IMG/VR virus record: IMGVR_UViG_3300024257_000004
DNA: 64,000 bases
Source: a virus
Taxonomy: Duplodnaviria; Heunggongvirae; Uroviricota; Caudoviricetes; Schitoviridae
Strand: one strand, 5' to 3'
Part shown: positions 1 through 10,599 of the stretch, piece by piece
Numbering within the stretch: position 1 is the stretch's first letter
How the letters are laid out: each line of letters starts with the position of its first letter
Made by a program: the position numbers and the translations under genes
Notes under the pieces: model-generated
Seen by the model: only the letters and a program-made list of their open reading frames with translations
The model's database searches: none
What the model was told of the DNA's origin: nothing

Positions 1-373
1 CGAATGCTTGGTCAACACCTGATGAGTAAGACATAGCGTGAGTATGCTCCATAGTAGCAATTCTGCTGTATAGGTACTCAAGCCAAGGGTCATTAGATAT
101 TTCTGATAAATAGCTGAACACGTCAGGTACTAGTGAATCCAATACAGTCTGGTAGCCTACAGTTTTTCTGAACTTAGATAAAGCGTTATCTGGCATCTCG
201 TCCCATCTATCTTGCGAACAAGAGATTAGGTTAAGAAACCATACGTTAGATTCATCAACTTCTGCTAATTTCTTAAAAGCACTATCGTACGGTAAATCTA
301 TACGTGATACCCCATCTGACTCCCCGAAGAATAACTCCGGAGAACGTTTAGGTTCATTTTGTATATTGATCAT
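1..373 (-). CDS. nrdB: Ribonucleotide reductase class Ia small subunit, N-terminal part (gene continues beyond window start)
   Basis: Minus-strand translation from the ATG at 373 gives MINIQNEPKRSPELFFGES...YQTVLDSLV...EHTHAMSY. This aligns with the E. coli NrdB N-terminus (MFFGQPVNVARYD, YQTLLDSIQ, ETIHSRSY). It lies immediately upstream of nrdA on the same strand. Confidence 0.8.
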   Translation of the reverse strand, partial: MINIQNEPKRSPELFFGESDGVSRIDLPYDSAFKKLAEVDESNVWFLNLISCSQDRWDEMPDNALSKFRKTVGYQTVLDSLVPDVFSYLSEISNDPWLEYLYSRIATMEHTHAMSYSSGVDQAF

Positions 374-385
374 AGTTTATCCTTA

Positions 386-2656
386 TTATGCCCCACATCC
401 ATCACATTCCTCATCTTCAAGGTCTGATTCGTCAATAGGTGTATGTGTGTAATATAATGATTTAAGGCCAAGTTTCTCAGCATAGATTATGTCATTAATT
501 ATTTCGTAGGCTGAATCAGGTTTAGCGTATGCTAATGACACTGATTGGCCCATATCAATAAACTTCTGCCTGATTGCAGCAAGTTCAATAGTATCCGAAT
601 TAGGGATATTAAATGTAGTTTGGTAGTACTCTCTATTTTGATTCAAGTTAGGTACTACAAACGGTAATGAGTATGTACCTTCTTGGATAGTTTTAAGCTT
701 TCTAGGCGCATCAACACCTTCAGTAGCGTTAATAGCTTTAGAAGAGGTTGCGGTAGGCGCAATAGCTAGTAAGTATTCGTTTCTGATACCATACTTGAGT
801 AATTGAGTTCGTAAGTATTCCCAATCCATTAATAATGGGTAGTTAAGTTCTGAGTCCTGATTATGCAGGATAGATAACTCGTGAGGGAATATACCTTCAG
901 CCCACTTAGTGTCATTAAACACTGGACATCTACCACGTTCAGAAGCTAGTTTTATAGATGCTTCAATGGCGAAGTAAGATATCTCTTCTGATATCTCGTG
1001 AGTTAATTTACGAGCACCTTTTGATCCCCATAGGAATCTGTTAGATGCTAATAAGTTTGCGTAATTAGAAGCACCAATACCGATATTCCTATGCTGTTCA
1101 GAGTGATACTTACCTAACGGGTTAGAGTAGAATGCGTTATCAATAGCGTTATCCATAGATGATACTAATGTATACATAAACTTAGATTTCTCAGTAATAT
1201 TTAGTGTTACCCAGTGCATTAAATTAGCAGATGACAAATTACATAAAGCAATGTCGCCTTTGTACTTTCTGCCCATAAACGTACCATAATTGGTACTGGT
1301 AACTAAATCGTCCTCAAGATGCTCAATTGCTTTAAAGTTAGGTAAGTACTCACAACATAAGTTAGATTGAGTAACAGTACCTGCTCCGATATTCTGAATA
1401 TTAGCATTATCAGTAAAGAATGTATAGATATTTCCAGTTTCAGCTTTCTGAGTAGCTACAGTGTAAGCTAAATCTCTAGCTGAATACTTCCTCTTGTGGA
1501 TGTGATTATTTCTGGAGTACTTAGCGTATAAGTCCTTCCATTCATCACCCCAAGCGTAGGTCATATCTTGAGTCTTGTGCGGATCTATTAGGTATATTGG
1601 TTCATCATTACAGATTGCATCTGATAACGTTGAATTCCACTTAATTGAATACTTAAGTTTACGCGCTCTGTCTTCATCCTTACCGGATTCAGATTTAAGC
1701 ATAGTAATCTCAGGCGATTGATAGTGAAACCAATTGTAGTATACAGCACAAGCCGAAGACCTAGTAGATCCCTGGTTATATGCTCCTACCGCTGCTTGAG
1801 TTTTCTGTATAAACGGTATAACTCCGCCAGAATAGCCTTTATTACCATCAACTACTGCGCCTTTAGCCCTAATAGCTGATACATCAAGAGATAAACCTCC
1901 ACCAAACTTAGATTCTCTACCTAATAGATCATCAACTACGTTTAGTGATTCAAGTGAATCTTCCGGTCTTGCTAAACAGCACGAAAACATTTGTGCGTTC
2001 TTTCTACCAGAGTTCACTGTTTTAGGTGTTGCTTCTGTTACGGCGTGAGTTGCTAATTGATTATACTTATCGATGATAGCGTCTACACCCTGTTTGTGCA
2101 TAAGGTTAATAGCAATCCTCATATAGACATGCTGAGGGAGTTCAACAATCTGTTTCTTATGGTGGTTGCAGTACTTTTGTACAAATACATTTAGACCACC
2201 GAACGTGAACAATAGGTCATTTTCCGGTCTAATTGCGTCAGATAGCCTACGGTATACAGCTGTATCATAAATAAAGTTGAATAAATCAGCGTCATAAATA
2301 CCTTTGTCGATATTAGCTAAAGTTAATGACTTGTAGTCTGGATAAAAGTCTCTAAGAACTCCCATATCCTTATGAATTTTCAATAGGTATAGGTTCTTAG
2401 CCACAGTCTCCCATTTAGGAGCTATATCTGATATTAGATTAGCCGCTGTCTCGATTAATTCATTGAATAGCTTAACTATACTGATTTTATCGTATATTCT
2501 AATGCTAACTGCATTGATTAGTTGATCAGCGAATGCCGGTGAACCATCACATGCCCACTTAATAACCTTATACAGTTTATCAGGGTTGTAAGGTTCCGTT
2601 GTACCGTTTCGTTTAATTACGAGGTGGGACTTACCTTTAATTACTGTTATACTCAT
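386..2656 (-). CDS. nrdA: Ribonucleotide reductase class Ia large subunit with N-terminal ATP cone
   Basis: 756 aa. The N-terminal ATP-cone segment reads VIKRNGTTEPYNPDKL. An SNLCCEY active-site motif matches the NrdA SNLCLEI motif. The C-terminal CDGCG redox cysteine pair is present. Confidence 0.92.
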   Translation of the reverse strand: MSITVIKGKSHLVIKRNGTTEPYNPDKLYKVIKWACDGSPAFADQLINAVSIRIYDKISIVKLFNELIETAANLISDIAPKWETVAKNLYLLKIHKDMGVLRDFYPDYKSLTLANIDKGIYDADLFNFIYDTAVYRRLSDAIRPENDLLFTFGGLNVFVQKYCNHHKKQIVELPQHVYMRIAINLMHKQGVDAIIDKYNQLATHAVTEATPKTVNSGRKNAQMFSCCLARPEDSLESLNVVDDLLGRESKFGGGLSLDVSAIRAKGAVVDGNKGYSGGVIPFIQKTQAAVGAYNQGSTRSSACAVYYNWFHYQSPEITMLKSESGKDEDRARKLKYSIKWNSTLSDAICNDEPIYLIDPHKTQDMTYAWGDEWKDLYAKYSRNNHIHKRKYSARDLAYTVATQKAETGNIYTFFTDNANIQNIGAGTVTQSNLCCEYLPNFKAIEHLEDDLVTSTNYGTFMGRKYKGDIALCNLSSANLMHWVTLNITEKSKFMYTLVSSMDNAIDNAFYSNPLGKYHSEQHRNIGIGASNYANLLASNRFLWGSKGARKLTHEISEEISYFAIEASIKLASERGRCPVFNDTKWAEGIFPHELSILHNQDSELNYPLLMDWEYLRTQLLKYGIRNEYLLAIAPTATSSKAINATEGVDAPRKLKTIQEGTYSLPFVVPNLNQNREYYQTTFNIPNSDTIELAAIRQKFIDMGQSVSLAYAKPDSAYEIINDIIYAEKLGLKSLYYTHTPIDESDLEDEECDGCGA

Positions 2657-3137
2657 TGTATTCCTTGTAATATTGTTTGATTGTGTCTAGTTTAACAAAC
2701 TCAAAGTTATTGTTATCTAGATTAACGTTAAAGTATCGTGAGTCTGGTATAACATCGCCATGTAGATGACCATGAATATTCCCAAGCCTGCCCCGTACTT
2801 CTTTTGGGTGAATAGGGCAATGCGATATCCACATCGATTTGTAGCAAAACAGAGGTAACTGCATCTCTACAAAAGACTCATCATAGAGTTTACGTGAATC
2901 ATGGTTACCCATAACTAATTTGATGCGGCATTTGGCTTGCGATAGCCGTTGTACATATTCTTCATAATGAGGACCGTCAAATAGAAAGTCTCCGAGGAGT
3001 AATAAAACGTCACGTTTACCTAGTGAAAGAATCATATTGATGATATAGTCATCGTGTTCTTCCACGGTACCAAATTGTGGTCTATACTTAATAATTGCCT
3101 TATGTCCTAAGTGTGTGTCTGAAGTGAAATAAACCAT
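2637..3137 (-). CDS. Ser/Thr protein phosphatase (calcineurin-like metallophosphoesterase)
   Basis: 166 aa with metallophosphoesterase motifs DTHLGH, GDFLFDG, GNHD and GHLHG. Confidence 0.8.
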   Translation of the reverse strand: MVYFTSDTHLGHKAIIKYRPQFGTVEEHDDYIINMILSLGKRDVLLLLGDFLFDGPHYEEYVQRLSQAKCRIKLVMGNHDSRKLYDESFVEMQLPLFCYKSMWISHCPIHPKEVRGRLGNIHGHLHGDVIPDSRYFNVNLDNNNFEFVKLDTIKQYYKEYNEYNSN

Positions 3138-3146
3138 AACTAACCC

Positions 3147-4622
3147 TTATAGTAGGTAAGCTGCGTTATCTACATTATACCTAGCTCTAGTTACAGCAAC
3201 ATAGTACAGGTATAATTCAGTTAGTTCATCGCTGGCTAGTAGTGGAGTAGTTCCATTACCCCTGCACTCTAAAATGTGTGACATTATACTGTCGATTGAT
3301 TGATTTACGTCATCCGCTAGTTCAACAGAATCGAAAGTTGTACCTTTACTTGTGTGTACCGTTAACAGGGAGAGGCTAGCGGTAGTACACTTCTGGTGGG
3401 ACTTAGCTGAATTATGTGCATCAATTACTCCGGCAGGTGAATGCGCGGAAATCATACGTAATGCAGGTTTAACGTCTGGGTTATCTGGGTTCTCTGAAGC
3501 TAAGTATGCCATACGTGACGGGTAGAGTTGTTGTAAATGTGTAGATTTACCCCATAGATCTGCCTGTCGCTGCATTTGTTTGTACTTAGGATTCTTCTCT
3601 TTATTACCTGGTTTGCATCTTAATAGCGCTAAAGGTAATTCGAACATCTGATTAATCTTAGCTGTAGTAGCTAGTTTATACGGCGTACCTGACTCATTAA
3701 GTTCAATCATTTTACCTATTAGTTCTGCGTTAGTACGAGTTAAATAGGCTGATGATGCGTATTCTGTCGGAACTACCGGGTATTCAAACCCAGTAAAAAC
3801 CATATCATGGTTAAATGTCGCCCTGCTAAATGCTTCTACACGTTTAGCTAATTCAGATTCGCATCTAAATGACTTAGTTAAGGATAATTCTTTAGCATCT
3901 TTGAAGTAGTCAAAAGCGTTTATACATCCCATGAATGAGAAAATAGACTGATAGGTATCACCTACTAGTACTTTCAGTTTAGCTGGGTATGCTCGTATAA
4001 TATCCAACGTAATTGGAGTTAAATCCTGACACTCATCCACAGCTAGTATGTCTGTAGTAGCAAGTTTAGTTTCACCGCTCATAACTTCCATATGAAATAC
4101 TTTAAGATAGAAAGGGTGAGTACATCCCATTTTACCTTCTACCATAGCAGTCATAATATCATTAGCTAATTTAACAGCTCCTGGTGTGTACTTATTTATA
4201 ATCTCTAGGTCATTTACGTCCATTTCAGTAGACGCACAAAATGTTTCAATAAGCTCAATAGCAGAGGGAGTCTGCCCAAATGGCTGATGAATATACTTAG
4301 GTATGTCCTTCCAAGAAATGAAAGATGTTTGACTTAGATACATAGTACTGCACTTGATAGTATTGTGAAATGCCAGTGAATGTAAAGTAGATACAATACA
4401 ATTAGAGTTCATAGATTGACGTGCTTCTTCAGCTTGCAATGTTCCAAAAACTAAATACCGGAATGACCTATTTGTATTATGTTCAAAGAACGCATCCGAA
4501 GCTTTCGACAGAGTGTACGATTTCGATGCCCCAGCTACAGCTTCTACTAATAAAGTATCTGCCGTTGGGTTTATGATCTCATCAACGATGTCTTGTTGCT
4601 GTTTTGTTAATTGATATGACAA
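3147..4622 (-). CDS. Superfamily 1 DNA helicase (UvrD/PcrA-like)
   Basis: 491 aa. Walker A-like AGASKSYT and DExx box AVDECQDL. The C-terminal motif VAVTRARYNV resembles helicase motif VI. Confidence 0.65.
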   Translation of the reverse strand: MSYQLTKQQQDIVDEIINPTADTLLVEAVAGASKSYTLSKASDAFFEHNTNRSFRYLVFGTLQAEEARQSMNSNCIVSTLHSLAFHNTIKCSTMYLSQTSFISWKDIPKYIHQPFGQTPSAIELIETFCASTEMDVNDLEIINKYTPGAVKLANDIMTAMVEGKMGCTHPFYLKVFHMEVMSGETKLATTDILAVDECQDLTPITLDIIRAYPAKLKVLVGDTYQSIFSFMGCINAFDYFKDAKELSLTKSFRCESELAKRVEAFSRATFNHDMVFTGFEYPVVPTEYASSAYLTRTNAELIGKMIELNESGTPYKLATTAKINQMFELPLALLRCKPGNKEKNPKYKQMQRQADLWGKSTHLQQLYPSRMAYLASENPDNPDVKPALRMISAHSPAGVIDAHNSAKSHQKCTTASLSLLTVHTSKGTTFDSVELADDVNQSIDSIMSHILECRGNGTTPLLASDELTELYLYYVAVTRARYNVDNAAYLL

Positions 4623-4645
4623 TTCTGGGTCCTTTTTGGTATTTA

Positions 4646-5734
4646 TTATTCTAACGGAGAACCGTCGTCATTACAGGCTCTGAAGTGATTACCTACAGGC
4701 TTAAGTGGTTTAAGGTCTTTTGATAAAGTTTCATACTCTATGTTCAACCAGCGTCCGACATTAGATTTAGCAATAGCTGCATCAATTAATCGTTCTTCTG
4801 CTGTACCTTTACGTTTAACGGAAAATTCAAGACCTTCCGGAGTTACACAAGTGTACACTGGATGGTTGTTCTTGTCTAGTTTAAAGTCAGTTACTCTGTA
4901 TTCGTCGTCTAGTGTTTTCTTGTACTTCCACTGGTCAGATGACCTAACGTTGTGCTTATAAAGTCCGCAGGGGTCCTTAATAACAGTACCTTCTAACCCT
5001 AGTTTCATGCAAGCATTGTAATGATCTTCAATATCTTGTAAAGTTTGACAGACTGTTCCGGTAAGTGGGTATACAAACTCAATCTTGTCTTGGTACATCA
5101 GCTCTGCCTCAACAATTAACTGTCTACGGTTAGTGTATGTATCATTAGAATCTGCAATATCAAAGATTGCAAACTCAAGCGATTTAGAAAGTTCTTTCGG
5201 CTTCTTAACCGCTGAAGTGATATCTTGAAGGTGGGTATTCTGAATATAAAGCTCACCGTTTAGTTCAGAGGATTCTAGTATAGCCATAATGTACTTGACA
5301 TCTGCCGCCAAATGTGGAATAGCCGGGTAGACTTCACCGCCACGACTAGTTAATACTAGCTCGTTATTCACTAATCTGTATGTAGCATTAACACCGTTAA
5401 GTTTTGGAGTGGAAATAAACCCAGGTTTAAACCGTTTAGATTCCCATACCTTAACTTTCATAGGTAATTGTACAGTTACTGGCGCAGACTGATCAATACT
5501 ATAACCAGACTTGATCTTCTTTTCCCATTTTGACTTAGCTTCTAGGTCAGCTTGTTGATTGTCAGTAGTTTCATTAGACTTACCGACATTCTTACCTTTA
5601 CACGAGGTAGTTTTAATCTGCATCTTGCCGTCTAGTTGGCCGAATTCGACTGTTATAACATTACCTAGTGTAGATATACTACAAACCTGGGTTGCTCCAG
5701 TTTTTGTAGCTTTATAAAGTGTCGGTAAAGTCAT
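4646..5734 (-). CDS. ATP-dependent DNA ligase
   Basis: 362 aa carrying the nucleotidyltransferase motifs of DNA ligases: motif I KLNGV(NATYR), motif III ELNGELYI, motif IV EGTVIKD, and a lysine-rich motif V. Confidence 0.7.
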   Translation of the reverse strand: MTLPTLYKATKTGATQVCSISTLGNVITVEFGQLDGKMQIKTTSCKGKNVGKSNETTDNQQADLEAKSKWEKKIKSGYSIDQSAPVTVQLPMKVKVWESKRFKPGFISTPKLNGVNATYRLVNNELVLTSRGGEVYPAIPHLAADVKYIMAILESSELNGELYIQNTHLQDITSAVKKPKELSKSLEFAIFDIADSNDTYTNRRQLIVEAELMYQDKIEFVYPLTGTVCQTLQDIEDHYNACMKLGLEGTVIKDPCGLYKHNVRSSDQWKYKKTLDDEYRVTDFKLDKNNHPVYTCVTPEGLEFSVKRKGTAEERLIDAAIAKSNVGRWLNIEYETLSKDLKPLKPVGNHFRACNDDGSPLE

Positions 5735-5736
5735 AG

Positions 5737-6423
5737 TTACTTACCGAATTTAACTTTTTTAGTTGGCTGTTTAACTGTGTCAGATCCTCCAGCAGCTGCT
5801 CCGCCACCTTGACCTCTGTTGTTTTTGATCCAGTCTTTGATGTCTTCTTCAGTTAAGTTATCTCTGTATGATATATCTGAAGCATAAGCTTGATCTTTCT
5901 CTAGTTGAGATCCGTGACCTTCCCCTTTAGTAAGTTCTTGTGCTGACGCACCTTTCTCATCGTAGAAGCCTCTAATAATTTTGTTTTCGCTGATATTATC
6001 GTTGTATTTAGAATATTCAACTTGAATTCTTACTTGGATATTACTACCGTCGAAACCTTCTAAAGCTTTAACATCTTTAGCTGCACCTTTTTTACCGATT
6101 GGTAATTCTGCGTCAACTGAATCTTCTACGTCGTTAGGGTCAATGTTACAAACTTTACACATTTTAAGGAATAATCCCATACCGATTTTGTTCTCAGAAC
6201 CATCGTTATTGTAAATTCTCATTCCACCATAGATAACTTGCTCTTGTCCTGCATGGTCTACAAATAAATCAATTGCTATTGATCCATTTTTACCTGTACT
6301 AACTACTGGAGCTAATAACGTTACCGGGTAAATACCTGATTTAGTGATGTGTTTAGAGTTTCCTCCTTCTTTAGTTGCTTGGTTTAATTCTTCTTCTGTT
6401 ACTACTTTTTTTAAAAATGCCAT
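5737..6423 (-). CDS. Hypothetical protein, possibly DNA-binding (start moved to an internal Met with a strong RBS)
   Basis: AAGGAG lies 5 nt upstream of the ATG at 6423 (MAFLKKVV...). The protein is Gly/Lys-rich at the C-terminus. The 5' extension in the ORF track overlaps the upstream gene. Confidence 0.5.
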   Translation of the reverse strand: MAFLKKVVTEEELNQATKEGGNSKHITKSGIYPVTLLAPVVSTGKNGSIAIDLFVDHAGQEQVIYGGMRIYNNDGSENKIGMGLFLKMCKVCNIDPNDVEDSVDAELPIGKKGAAKDVKALEGFDGSNIQVRIQVEYSKYNDNISENKIIRGFYDEKGASAQELTKGEGHGSQLEKDQAYASDISYRDNLTEEDIKDWIKNNRGQGGGAAAGGSDTVKQPTKKVKFGK

Positions 6424-6472
6424 AATTTCTCCTTTTGGCGGGTTGGTTAATTTGGTTAATTGAATGAGAGAG

Positions 6473-7246
6473 TTATATTCTCCACTCTTCAACGTCGTTC
6501 TGGTTAGCTAATAATTTTGCTATATGGTCCTTAAGGTTGAAGTATTCTTCGCCCTCTTTAAGTTTTTTACTCTTATCAGGATCATCTATATTTGCTACGT
6601 ACATCTTACTAGGTAAGTCAGTTAGAAAAGTTCTAGCTTGCTTCTTATCCCCTCTAGTATGCACGATCCTATGAGTGCCATCTGGTACAATAGTTACTGA
6701 TTCATTTACAGTACTATAGAATCCACCTTTTTCAAGGAATTTACCTTGACCGAATGGTAAGAAGTTTCCTGTGTAATTACCTTCTAACTTCTCATTTATA
6801 ACGTGATTAAGTAGTATTACATTAATACCGTTTAATTCTAACTCTTCATGGATAAACTTAGTTAAAGTTGCCATTTCCTTAGTAATAAATGCTCCTCTAC
6901 TACCCCACGAATCTGGTACTGCTGCTCCTGAATCAATAACGTCCATAAAGATTTGTGATACTGAATCAATTACTACATTTTCAGGCGGATGGCCTATCTT
7001 TTCGTAGTACGTGTTTAGTTTATCTACAACACCTTCAATAACTGTATCTTCATTTTCGCTATTTTTAACTGTACCGCCGTACAATAGTATATCCATACCG
7101 TAATAGGTATCAACTAACATATGAGGCAGCGGGAGATTGAATTCCTTCGCATCTCTAGATACAACAAATGTTTCCTTGCCTAATGATTTTAGCAGTTGTG
7201 TTTTACCGGCCCCTGCAATACCGTTTATTAATAATTTTACAGACAT
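6473..7246 (-). CDS. RecA-like/Sak4-like P-loop ATPase (replication/recombination)
   Basis: Walker A GIAGAGKTQLL lies directly after an RBS-supported start (AAGGAG-N6-ATG at 7246). The N-terminal extension in the ORF track is probably not translated. Confidence 0.65.
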   Translation of the reverse strand: MSVKLLINGIAGAGKTQLLKSLGKETFVVSRDAKEFNLPLPHMLVDTYYGMDILLYGGTVKNSENEDTVIEGVVDKLNTYYEKIGHPPENVVIDSVSQIFMDVIDSGAAVPDSWGSRGAFITKEMATLTKFIHEELELNGINVILLNHVINEKLEGNYTGNFLPFGQGKFLEKGGFYSTVNESVTIVPDGTHRIVHTRGDKKQARTFLTDLPSKMYVANIDDPDKSKKLKEGEEYFNLKDHIAKLLANQNDVEEWRI

Positions 7247-7292
7247 AGTTGTCTCCTTTAATATGTTAGTTTTATGACTTCTCGGTCTGTTC

Positions 7293-7520
7293 TCATGTTT
7301 GTAACTGCCTGTATTCAATTTTGATACTATATACCATGTTATTTCTTTCACCGTAAGGGTTCTCGAAACTATGAGTAAATACATCAGGTTGAGGCAGTAT
7401 TAACTGGTTTGCTAGTTTCTCCGCTAAGCTATTAGCTAAGTTTGATATAAGCCCCCGCTTGAAGTTAGGGTCAAATATGTCCCGCTGACTAGCTCTAAAC
7501 TGTGTTTCTATAATTTCCAT
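7293..7520 (-). CDS. Hypothetical small protein
   Basis: 75-aa ORF with an AGGAGA RBS upstream of the ATG at 7520. Confidence 0.5.
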   Translation of the reverse strand: MEIIETQFRASQRDIFDPNFKRGLISNLANSLAEKLANQLILPQPDVFTHSFENPYGERNNMVYSIKIEYRQLQT

Positions 7521-7529
7521 AATTGTCTC

Positions 7530-9833
7530 CTAAAATTCCCATCTCGCCACCTGTTCAATGATAGATATTCTGAATCGTTCATCGTCCATAGGATCATACC
7601 AGTAATCGTTGATTTCGTGCATAAGGGCGACCACTGATTCCTTAGTTGCCCCAAGGTCTTTAGCGTGCTTAGCGGCTCTGATTAACGCTCTAGAACAATT
7701 TGCTTCACACTCAAATGCATATGAGAATGTAGTAAGCTTGTTCTGTAACTGCGCGTCCATTTGAGACTTATTAAGTTTCTTAGGTTGTGAATTAGTTCCA
7801 GATAAAGCGTCAGATGAAGCTAATATAAACTCTTTGGCAGCTAATGGTTCTGCATCTAGTACTGATAGTACATTACGGTCTGCATAACTAAAATATATCT
7901 GCCCTTTAGGTAAGTTATCCACTTCAAGTTGCAGTTTATTTGCTATTGCTTGAATAAAGTATTTCCATTGTATGTCAGATACACTAACTACAGTATCTAG
8001 TTGCAGTAGTACTCTAAATTTAAATGGGTTATCTGGGTCCGACGTACGTGCTATATGGTGGTTAATGTCTTCAAGTAAGTAGTGAGCTTCCTCATCAGTA
8101 ATATCTGACGTATCGACATCAAGTACTACCCAAGAACACCCTCCTACGATATTATTACGACCTCTAACTCTGCCGCTAGGATTAGGATGCTTTTTACGAT
8201 CAATATCTGCACCGTTAAGTACATCCTTCAGCTCGAATGGTGTATAAGCAAAGTCATTAGTTAATAAATCAGCTAATTCTTCGAAAGAGGTTGGACCATA
8301 GTCATACCCGTGTACAGCAGTAGCAGCTACAAAAGCTTTAGCTTTCTTGATACGTTCATAGTCAGCATTTTCAGAAACTAGTTTCGCTACATTAGAATTA
8401 TCTACTTCTATATAGGATACGCCCATTTCCGTAGCAACTACCTGCTTTTCATAGCAGATGGCTGAGTTTTCTTTACAGATAGTGTATACGCCTTCTGGGT
8501 CATACGATGAAGCTAAATGTACTAATTCACACATATTAGTTGTTGAATCACCTTTAGGTGGTATGTATCCTAGCTTACGTAAGTCATGAAGAGTTATCAT
8601 AAACTTGTTATCAATAGCATGTAATTGCATATATTGAACAAATAGTTCATATGCTTCTTTCGATAATTGTTCTTCGAATGATAATAAATCCGGAGATAAA
8701 GTCTCTATAGTATTGATTGCATCGACATAATGAGATTCATTAATAGTTTCTGATTGATCAAGAATTGCGTAAGTACCTGATAATTTGAGGGCTAACCACT
8801 GCTTGTGTTTACGTGCTAGCTTACTTATAGGATAATGTGCATCTAAGTCTTCAGATTCTCTGGAGTTGTATTCAAGGTATATATCAAATAGGTCTTGAGC
8901 GCATGATTCCAGTGGTAATGTTTCCGGGATAGTATCAATATTAGTAACTAATTGATGAACATAGTCACCCACCAGTTCTTGAGCATGCGATACTCTTTCA
9001 CGTTCAGCTTGTTTATGTTTACGTACTTCTGTGATTGATTTGAAATTCTTCATCGGCACTTTATCTGGAGAGAAACTAAATAATGACCTACGTGCTAACT
9101 GTGTACTAAATACTGTACGAAATTTAGCCTTTATATTATTATCATAAAGAATAGCATCCTCTGAGCCAAATAGTAGAGCGTTAATAGGTAAAGCATTTAC
9201 TTCCCCGGTTTGATTCTCTGATGACTTAACAATCTTTGAAGGTATTTTACCTAAGTCATAACCAACTGCTATAGTTTTAATAATATCTATAAGTAGTGGG
9301 TTTGATTGTAGGTCAGTACCAATTTCAGACGTATTAACTGAAGCAGCTCCAATTGCCCCTTCTTCTAGGTGAACAAAATGTTGAACTAGTCCTTCTACTG
9401 TACCAAGACCAGCTTGTAGCGCTCTAGGTTTAGTATAGTAACTAATCCATTGATCAGTATTAGCTCCGTCAGCTTTAGCAGCTTCTTCGGCTTTTTGTAC
9501 AGCAAATTGTTCTCTGTAGTCTTCTATTATGTTATAAGATTGTTTAAATGCTTTTCTAATCATATTCATAGAACTATCTTTTGCTTGACCTGATCTTGCT
9601 AGTGCAAATGTAATAGCGTTACATGGTACTACAGTTCCGTCATGCAGTGTAATAGATCTACGTAGATGTGAAATCAGAGTAATTAACTCTGATAATGCTA
9701 TAGATAATCGTAAGTTATACGGAGCGTCTTCTGGGAGAATATCCACTGTTGCAGATACTACTTCGTGTGTAAGTGGTTTGAATGCCCCTTTACTCTCTAA
9801 GTGAGCACGTAGCATGTCTTTAGTTGTGCACAT
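7530..9833 (-). CDS. Putative replication protein with primase-polymerase (AEP)-like motif
   Basis: 767 aa with no Walker A. The C-terminal region has WVVLDVDTSD (hhhDhD), typical of AEP primase motif I. It sits between the ATPase and DNA polymerase genes. Confidence 0.4.
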   Translation of the reverse strand: MCTTKDMLRAHLESKGAFKPLTHEVVSATVDILPEDAPYNLRLSIALSELITLISHLRRSITLHDGTVVPCNAITFALARSGQAKDSSMNMIRKAFKQSYNIIEDYREQFAVQKAEEAAKADGANTDQWISYYTKPRALQAGLGTVEGLVQHFVHLEEGAIGAASVNTSEIGTDLQSNPLLIDIIKTIAVGYDLGKIPSKIVKSSENQTGEVNALPINALLFGSEDAILYDNNIKAKFRTVFSTQLARRSLFSFSPDKVPMKNFKSITEVRKHKQAERERVSHAQELVGDYVHQLVTNIDTIPETLPLESCAQDLFDIYLEYNSRESEDLDAHYPISKLARKHKQWLALKLSGTYAILDQSETINESHYVDAINTIETLSPDLLSFEEQLSKEAYELFVQYMQLHAIDNKFMITLHDLRKLGYIPPKGDSTTNMCELVHLASSYDPEGVYTICKENSAICYEKQVVATEMGVSYIEVDNSNVAKLVSENADYERIKKAKAFVAATAVHGYDYGPTSFEELADLLTNDFAYTPFELKDVLNGADIDRKKHPNPSGRVRGRNNIVGGCSWVVLDVDTSDITDEEAHYLLEDINHHIARTSDPDNPFKFRVLLQLDTVVSVSDIQWKYFIQAIANKLQLEVDNLPKGQIYFSYADRNVLSVLDAEPLAAKEFILASSDALSGTNSQPKKLNKSQMDAQLQNKLTTFSYAFECEANCSRALIRAAKHAKDLGATKESVVALMHEINDYWYDPMDDERFRISIIEQVARWEF

Positions 9834-10599
9834 TATAATTCCTTCATTATTTGTTTAATTTCCTCCGTAGAGCAGTTATTTGGTAGTTCAGTTTGACTAG
9901 CCCAGTCAGGGCCTATTTCTAGGTTAGCTTCGTTATGTACTATTTGATTATCCATAAAATCCTTCACCATAATTTCAACTAAGTTGTTATTTAGCCATTT
10001 AATTAAGGCTGGATCAGCTTTGATTATTCCATAAATTGAATCATAAATAGTCGACGTGACGTATAAGTCCGATTCAGGTATTTTAGCTTCTGCTTGTCTA
10101 TGGTGTAACTCATTAATTGAAATAGCAGTTAGTATTGACCAAAATTGTGAATTAGCGTTAAATAGCGTTCTTGAGTCTTTGTCTGGTGTATCAGAATAAA
10201 GCCTAAGACCTAATCCTATGTGAGTGTACCCAGTTTGTTTAACTTTATCGATTACCTTATTACGGAATGCTGATATATTTGGATACATCTTGTTATGGTA
10301 GTTATCAAAGATTTCCTGAGTAATAGTACCACCTTTATCAACATCAGGGAAGCCCCCATAAGCCAATTTGAAGGTTACAGGTTTAGACTCTTGTCTAAGT
10401 GCTCCGGCTTCTTCCGATGTCTTAGTAAGCTTTTTGAATAGTCTAGAAGCTTCCTTGTTATCAGTAAATTCTCCAACCATGTCTGCTATCCTATCCGGGT
10501 AGTAGTATGTAGCGGCTAATGAGTGGCCATCTAAGCCTTCAGAGAATACTGCGATTTTATTGTTATCCCCAGAAAGATTAGCTATAACTCTATCTTCTA
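9833..10599 (-). CDS. DNA polymerase I family (PolA), exon 2 (motif A second half, motif B, motif C)
   Basis: Carries motif B (KPVTFKLAYGG) and continues motif A (EDRVIANLSGD). It is in frame with exon 1 after removal of the intron, giving the spliced junction ...DYAAL|EDRVIANLSGD, which matches the PolA motif A DYSQIELRILAHLSGD. Confidence 0.75.

Noticed and set aside
4740-4961. Plus-strand 73-aa ORF inside the ligase gene
   Set aside because: It lies fully antisense to a well-supported CDS. It is low-complexity (Ser/Leu-rich) and has no RBS.
5737-6492. Long N-terminal extensions of ORFs 5737-6492 and 6473-7384 as given in the ORF track
   Set aside because: The extensions overlap the upstream genes by 20-140 nt and lack an RBS. 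Strong AAGGAG sites precede internal ATGs at 6423 and 7246.
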